From contig JAFAVO010000238.1 in the NCBI GenBank assembly GCA_019242385.1, positions 1-30,085 of the forward strand: a stretch of DNA of 30,085 bases, in the 5' to 3' direction. Position numbers and translations under genes: made by a program. Source of the DNA: Gammaproteobacteria bacterium (GTDB lineage: Bacteria > Pseudomonadota > Gammaproteobacteria > Steroidobacterales > Steroidobacteraceae). Under the pieces are notes generated by a model. That model made no database searches and was not told the origin of the DNA. It worked only from the letters and a program-made list of their open reading frames with translations. Positions 25,144 to 30,085 of this stretch are shown one piece after another; the first letter of the stretch is position 1, and every line of letters starts with the position of its first letter.

Positions 25144-25878
25144 ATGGCTACCTGGGTCGGAACCTCCGGCTACAACTATCCCGAGTGGCGCGGCAGCTTC
25201 TATCCGCAGAAGCTGGCCGGGCCGAAGATGCTGCCCTTCTACGCGCAGTCCTTCAACACGGTCGAGATCAACTACACCTTCTACCGCATACCTAACACGA
25301 AGATCCTCGCCGGCTGGAATCGCGACACTCCGGAAGGTTTCCGCCTCACGCTCAAGGCGCCGAAGCGCATCACCCACATCGCGAGGCTCCGCGACTGCGG
25401 CGAGCTTCTCGAGTACTTCCTGCGGGTGAGCGCCACGCTGGGCCCGAAGCTCGGCGCCCTGCTCTTCCAGCTGCCGCCTTACTTCCGCAAGGACCTGGCA
25501 GTGCTCGATGCGTTCCTGGCCCAGCTGCCCGAGGGCACCTGCGCCGCCTTCGAGTTCCGCCACGGCTCGTGGATGGACGCCGAGGTGTTCGCCCGCCTGC
25601 GGGCGCGCAATCTCGCGCTGTGTGTCGCCGACAGCGAAAAGTTCTCGACCCCGCTCGAGATCACCGCCAGCTACGGCTATTTCCGCCTGCGCGATGAGGG
25701 CTACACCGCCGAGGACCTGCAGCGCTGGGCCGCGCTGATCCGCGCGCACACCGCCGGCTGCAGCGACGTCTACGTCTACTTCAAACATGAAGAAGCCGGC
25801 ACCGGGCCGCAATTTGCGCGCTTGCTGATCGCTGCACTCGCCGCCGAGCCGCCGCAGCCGCCTGACGCAGCGCAGTAG
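25144..25878 (+). CDS. DUF72 (YecE/YunF)-family protein
   Basis: VGTSGYNY..W...FYP, FNTVEINYTFY, LKAPKRITH, LFQLPP, FEFRHGSW, YFRLR, YVYFKH. Confidence 0.88.
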   Translation: MATWVGTSGYNYPEWRGSFYPQKLAGPKMLPFYAQSFNTVEINYTFYRIPNTKILAGWNRDTPEGFRLTLKAPKRITHIARLRDCGELLEYFLRVSATLGPKLGALLFQLPPYFRKDLAVLDAFLAQLPEGTCAAFEFRHGSWMDAEVFARLRARNLALCVADSEKFSTPLEITASYGYFRLRDEGYTAEDLQRWAALIRAHTAGCSDVYVYFKHEEAGTGPQFARLLIAALAAEPPQPPDAAQ

Positions 25879-26005
25879 TCCGGCAGCATCATCGCTTGGG
25901 AACGCCGCGCGCGCAGCGCGGGGAACCCGGCCGTTGCAACTCGGCACTCACCTGACACGGAATGCTGGCGCGCGCATGCGGCAGGCGACCTACGAGGGGA
26001 AATAC

Positions 26006-27193
26006 ATGAACGTGCTCACCAAACCAACACGGACGCTCATCACGCTGTTGCTGACTTCACTGCTGCTCGCACCTGTAGCTGGAGCGCTGGCCGATGATGA
26101 TCAGCCGGTGCTGCCATCGCTCTCCAGGATCAAGACCATCGCCTCCACCGTTCCCGCGAACGGCGACCTCAATCCCTACGGCGTGGCGCAGGTCAGGAGA
26201 ACCATCGGCACCCTGCGCGCCGGCCACATCCTGGTGAGTAACTTCAACGACTCTGGCAACTTCCAGGGCACCGGCACGACCATCGTCGATATCGGGCCCG
26301 ATGGGGGCATGAGCCTCTTCGCCGCGCTCGATGCCGCCAAGCTGCCCGGCAGCTGTCCGGGCGGCGTCGGCTTGACCACCGCGCTGGTGGTGCTCGATCA
26401 GGGCTGGGTGATCGTCGGAAGTCTGCCCACCGCCAGCCAGGGAACGGTGTTCAGCGGCCCGGGCTGTCTGATCGTGCTCGACAGCATGGGCAAGCCGGTG
26501 GAGACCTTCTATGGCTCCTTGATCAATGGCCCCTGGGACATGACCGCCGCGCAGGGCGGAGCGGAGGCCAAGCTGTTCGTCACCAATGTGCTCAACGGGA
26601 CGGTCGCGGCGGGCGGCGCGGTCGTGCACGGCGGCACGGTCACGCGGCTCAATCTCAAGCTCACGGGAACCCTGCCGGCGCTCGAGTCGATCACCGTGGT
26701 CGGCTCCGGGTTCCCCGAGCGCACCGATCCGGCGGCACTGGTCATCGGTCCGACCGGGGTGGGACTGCGCGCGAGCTGCATGGGCGATGGCGACGACTGC
26801 ATGGCCATGGAGCATGGCGATCAGGACGCCGACGACCGCGACAGCTCCTTGTTATACGTGGCCGACACGCTGGGTAACCGTGTCGCCGTCATCGATCGCG
26901 CGCTCACCCGTACCAGCAGTGCAGGAACGGGCCGTACCCTGAGCTCGGGTGGCAGCCTGAACGGACCTCTGGGGCTCGTCCTGACACCGCGGGGGACGGT
27001 GCTCACGGTCAACAGTGGCGACGGGCTCATCACCGAGATCTCACCGCACGGCGCGCAACTGGCCAGGAAGCAGCTCGATAACACCGGCTCGCCCCCCGGC
27101 GCCGGCGCGCTCTTCGGCCTGGCGTTCGACCCGGCGGCTGGTGTTTATTTCGTCGATGACGCGAGCAACACGCTGAACCTGCTGCATCACTAG
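26006..27193 (+). CDS. Secreted hypothetical protein, probably beta-propeller-like
   Basis: Signal peptide and repeated beta-rich blades (NPYGVA, LVSNFN, NGPWDM, GPTGVG, NGPLGL, LFGLAF). ATG follows GAGGGG. The fold is inferred. Confidence 0.7.
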   Translation: MNVLTKPTRTLITLLLTSLLLAPVAGALADDDQPVLPSLSRIKTIASTVPANGDLNPYGVAQVRRTIGTLRAGHILVSNFNDSGNFQGTGTTIVDIGPDGGMSLFAALDAAKLPGSCPGGVGLTTALVVLDQGWVIVGSLPTASQGTVFSGPGCLIVLDSMGKPVETFYGSLINGPWDMTAAQGGAEAKLFVTNVLNGTVAAGGAVVHGGTVTRLNLKLTGTLPALESITVVGSGFPERTDPAALVIGPTGVGLRASCMGDGDDCMAMEHGDQDADDRDSSLLYVADTLGNRVAVIDRALTRTSSAGTGRTLSSGGSLNGPLGLVLTPRGTVLTVNSGDGLITEISPHGAQLARKQLDNTGSPPGAGALFGLAFDPAAGVYFVDDASNTLNLLHH

Positions 27194-28323
27194 GTGCCCC
27201 AGATCTGAGTGAAGACGCGCGCGAAGTTAGCGCCGAGCACCTTCTCGGTCACGGAGGCGGAGTAGCCGCTGCGCAGCAGGCGGTCGGCAATGATCTCCAT
27301 GCGTCGCGGGACGTTGAGGCCGACCACATAGGTCGGCCTGTCTTCCTCGGGAGCCGACAGGCCCGCCGCGCGCCGTTCCTTCAACTCGTGCGAGAAATCC
27401 GCCATGCCGGCGGGCGAGCTGTCGAAGGGCGCGATGCCGACATCGCTGCCGATGCCGACGTGGTCCTCGCCCGCCACCTGGAGCGCGTGCACCAGGTGCG
27501 CCATGTAGTCATCGACCGTGGGCTGGCGTGGCGAGGCGGTCAGGTAAGGCAGGTCGTAGATGCCGACCACGCCGCCACGTGCGGCGAGTGCTCGCAACTG
27601 CTCGTCGCTCTTGTTGCGCGGGTGCGAGTGGATGGCCGCACAGCCGGCATGGGTCATCACCGGCGGTTGCGAAGACTGAGTGAGCACATCCGCAGTGCTC
27701 GCGGGGTTGGCATGACTGATGTCGACGGCGATCCCCAGGCGGTTCATCTCGCGTACCGCCTCGTGCCCGAGCGCAGTCAGCCCGCCGGCACGCGGCGCCA
27801 TCACGCCGGCGGCGAAGGCCGAGGTGCGGTTGTAGGACAGCTGCATGACGCGCACACCGAGGTTGCGAAAAAGCTCGAGCGGGCTCAACTGTCCGCCGAG
27901 CATCTCCACGCTCTCGAATGACAGGATGATTCCGACCTTGCGCTCGCGCTGCGCGCGCGCGATATCCCCCGAGCTGCGCACCGGAGTGAAGTAGTCCGGG
28001 TGGATCTCGAACAGCTGTTGCACCCGCGCGATCTCCGCCACGGTGTGCGCAAAGTCGCTGTTGATCCCGCCGAGGGAGAGCTTGATGACGTTGATGCCAC
28101 TGTTGCGTACCAGCTCGAGGTCTGCCGCAGAAAGCGGCAGGCGCTCCGGCAGCGGCGGACTGGAGTTGCAGTCGAGGATCAGCGCGCTGGCATAGAGTCG
28201 GCGTGCGGCGTCGCTCACCTCGGTCGGTTCGGCAACGGTCGCGGCTGCTGCGCCGCGCTCGGGACGAGCGGCCGCGAGCAGTGTTGCCCCGGCAAGGAAC
28301 TGCGAGAACTGACGCCGGTTCAC
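27190..28323 (-). CDS. Tat-exported M19 membrane dipeptidase-family protein
   Basis: GTG start giving (M)NRRQFSQFLAGATLLAAA (twin-arginine signal). Contains SFES, MQLSYN, DISHAN, MTHAG, HPRN, VGIGSD, EKVLGANF. The start overlaps the RidA stop (GTGA). Confidence 0.85.
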   Translation of the reverse strand: MNRRQFSQFLAGATLLAAARPERGAAAATVAEPTEVSDAARRLYASALILDCNSSPPLPERLPLSAADLELVRNSGINVIKLSLGGINSDFAHTVAEIARVQQLFEIHPDYFTPVRSSGDIARAQRERKVGIILSFESVEMLGGQLSPLELFRNLGVRVMQLSYNRTSAFAAGVMAPRAGGLTALGHEAVREMNRLGIAVDISHANPASTADVLTQSSQPPVMTHAGCAAIHSHPRNKSDEQLRALAARGGVVGIYDLPYLTASPRQPTVDDYMAHLVHALQVAGEDHVGIGSDVGIAPFDSSPAGMADFSHELKERRAAGLSAPEEDRPTYVVGLNVPRRMEIIADRLLRSGYSASVTEKVLGANFARVFTQIWGT

Positions 28324-28784
28324 GGCGCGTCCTTGGTGGCCACACCCTGAACCTCGAAGTGCCCGCCCCGCAGCAGCTTGCCCGAGCCGATGAATGCCCG
28401 CGCGGGGTAGTGGCCATGGAAATAGCTGCGATAAACCGTGTTGAAGGTGTCGTACAGCTGCAGATCGGTGCAATAGATGGTAACGGACACGAGATCGTCC
28501 ATGGCGAGTCCGGCCGACTCCATCGTGTGCTTCACCGCATCCATGACCAGGCGCGCCTCGAGTGCCGGGTCGGCGGGAGCGTTGCCCGTCTGAGGATCGA
28601 GTCCGAGGTGGCCGGCGATGTAGAGCGTATCGCCCGAGCGCACCGCGTCGCTGAAGGGCAGCGGTGCACTGCCTGGGATGACGGGGTGTTCTACGTAGCG
28701 GCGATTTGCCGCTCCGGCCGGGGCTGGAACCAACAGCACGGCAAGCGTCAGAAAAGTCAGCCACCTGATAAATCCCGCACTCAT
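28320..28784 (-). CDS. RidA/YjgF/YER057c-family protein with N-terminal signal peptide
   Basis: PFSDAVRSGDTLYIAGHLG, FNTVYRSYF, PARAFIG (conserved Arg), FEVQGVA. Hydrophobic N-terminus ending APAGA. GGGAG RBS. Confidence 0.85.
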   Translation of the reverse strand: MSAGFIRWLTFLTLAVLLVPAPAGAANRRYVEHPVIPGSAPLPFSDAVRSGDTLYIAGHLGLDPQTGNAPADPALEARLVMDAVKHTMESAGLAMDDLVSVTIYCTDLQLYDTFNTVYRSYFHGHYPARAFIGSGKLLRGGHFEVQGVATKDAP

Positions 28785-28904
28785 GTGTTTGCTCCCGCTG
28801 CAACGCGCTCTTGCGCAGCGTGAGCGATTTTCCTAGCCTGACTTCGGATGTGGCAAGCACCACCGCGTCAGGGCGCGAGGGCGTGGATCTGGTCTGGGCG
28901 CGCC

Positions 28905-29429
28905 TCAACCTGCCGGACGCAGGACCTCCGGGCCAAAAAGGTCCATGACGCACGCCGCACCCTCGAGCGTCAGCAGCGAGCGCTTGATGTGCAGTCCTCC
29001 ACCAAAGCCCGTCAACGTCCGGTCCGCTCCGATGACCCGATGACACGGCACGATGATCGGCAGCGGGTTCGCGCCGTTCGCGAGTCCGACCGCACGCGCG
29101 CCCTTCTCGAGTCCGAGCCGGCGGGCGATATCCCCGTAGGAAACCGTCTCGCCATAGGGAATGCGGGACAGCTCGCGCCACACCGCCAGCTGAAAGGGCG
29201 TCCCAACCGGTGCCAGTGGCAGCTCGAAGCTGCGTCTCGACCCGCGGAAATATTCCATGAGTTGCGCCTCGGCCCGGAGGAAGGGCGCCGCCGCTGAGCG
29301 CCATTCCTTCGCCGGCCGTAGCGCTTGCGGCCCCGCCTGAAAGTGCACGCGCACGAGCGCGTGCTCGGTGCCAACGAGCAACAACTCTCCAACCGGTGAG
29401 TCGATCTGGTGCCAGCAGGTCAAGCGCAT
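28905..29429 (-). CDS. ogt: Methylated-DNA-protein-cysteine S-methyltransferase
   Basis: GTPFQLAVW, IPYGETVSY, ARAVG.ANGANP, active-site PCHRV, GGGLHIKRSLL. The ATG at 29429 overlaps the end of alkA. Confidence 0.93.
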   Translation of the reverse strand: MRLTCWHQIDSPVGELLLVGTEHALVRVHFQAGPQALRPAKEWRSAAAPFLRAEAQLMEYFRGSRRSFELPLAPVGTPFQLAVWRELSRIPYGETVSYGDIARRLGLEKGARAVGLANGANPLPIIVPCHRVIGADRTLTGFGGGLHIKRSLLTLEGAACVMDLFGPEVLRPAG

Positions 29430-30085
29430 GTTCCCATTCGAGCGGCCGCGCGCCACAGATGGATCACGGCGTATCCGCGCCAGGGTTGCCAGGCGCGTGC
29501 CCGCTCCTCGAGCTCCCGCAGGCTCGCCAGCCGCGCCGCCGCTCCCAGCATGCGGCGTAACACCAGATCTCCCGCCGGCATCGCATCAGGCTCACCGAGC
29601 GCACGCAGCGCTACATACTGTGCGGTCCAGGCACCGATTCCCGGCAGTGCGACGAGCGCCGCGATCACTTCCGCTGGAGCCGCGCTGAAATCGATGCGCC
29701 GCTCGAGCACCGCGCGTGCCAGCGCGCGCAGTGTCAGAGCGCGTGAGCGGGTGATGCCGAGTGATGCGAGTGGCGCCTCAGCGAGCACTGCCGCATCGGG
29801 AAACAGGCGGTTGAGTACATCCGCACCCGGGCGGATGACATGGCCGAGCCGCTCCACGAGGCGCGCGGTGAAGGTGCGCCCGGCGGCTACGCTGACCTGC
29901 TGTCCGAGCACTGCGCGCACGGCGCATTCGAAGGGTTCCCAGGCTCCCGGAATCCGGAGTCCTGGACATGCGCGCGCAAACGGGCCGATGAGCGCATCCG
30001 CTGCGAGCTCGGCGCCGATGCGCTGTGGATCGGCCGCGAGATCGAACACGCGGCGCGCGGTGGTCGATAGCTGCAGAAGCGCGGC
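29420..30085 (-). CDS. alkA: DNA-3-methyladenine glycosylase II (AlkA/Ada-AlkA type), C-terminal part; 5' end lies beyond the window
   Basis: PGAWEPFE.AVRAVLGQQVS, HhH motif LPGIGAWTAQY, DAMPAGDL, WQPWRGYA. The frame stays open to the right edge (AALLQLSTTARRVFDL). Confidence 0.9.
   Translation of the reverse strand, partial: AALLQLSTTARRVFDLAADPQRIGAELAADALIGPFARACPGLRIPGAWEPFECAVRAVLGQQVSVAAGRTFTARLVERLGHVIRPGADVLNRLFPDAAVLAEAPLASLGITRSRALTLRALARAVLERRIDFSAAPAEVIAALVALPGIGAWTAQYVALRALGEPDAMPAGDLVLRRMLGAAARLASLRELEERARAWQPWRGYAVIHLWRAAARMGTCA

Noticed and set aside
27190-29304. 704-aa ORF in the track
   Set aside because: Only the part from GTG 28323 (Tat signal) is a coherent M19 protein. 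The upstream part is an off-frame read-through over the RidA and ogt genes.

Overview
A uniformly GC-rich, densely coding bacterial chromosomal segment; gene content suggests a Gammaproteobacterium (inference). I saw no mobile elements, tRNA/rRNA genes or CRISPR arrays. It holds four blocks. (1) A gamma-glutamyl polyamine catabolism system split into two divergons: puuA-like/puuD <> puuB at 1-2727, and puuC/puuR <> omega-amino-acid transaminase at 9960-13476, with a DUF861 cupin nearby. A shared 18-bp AT-rich near-palindrome sits in both intergenic regions and is a likely PuuR operator. (2) An intervening block with an HtrA-like protein lacking its catalytic His/Ser next to a LuxR regulator with a degenerate receiver, plus an ICMT-type methyltransferase, asd, DUF4124/M23 proteins and rlmKL. 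(3) A tightly packed + strand run: GH13 glucosidase, alpha/beta hydrolase, ligD, ku, MerR-like-HTH/TPR protein, DUF72. This NHEJ locus with uncharacterised extra genes is the most interesting candidate system. (4) An apparently exported RidA/M19 dipeptidase pair and the alkylation-repair genes alkA and ogt. Two features missing from the ORF track were found by hand: the edge-truncated puuA-like gene (1-408, -) and a 46-aa membrane-protein ORF (13522-13662, -). Many track starts were corrected to downstream starts.
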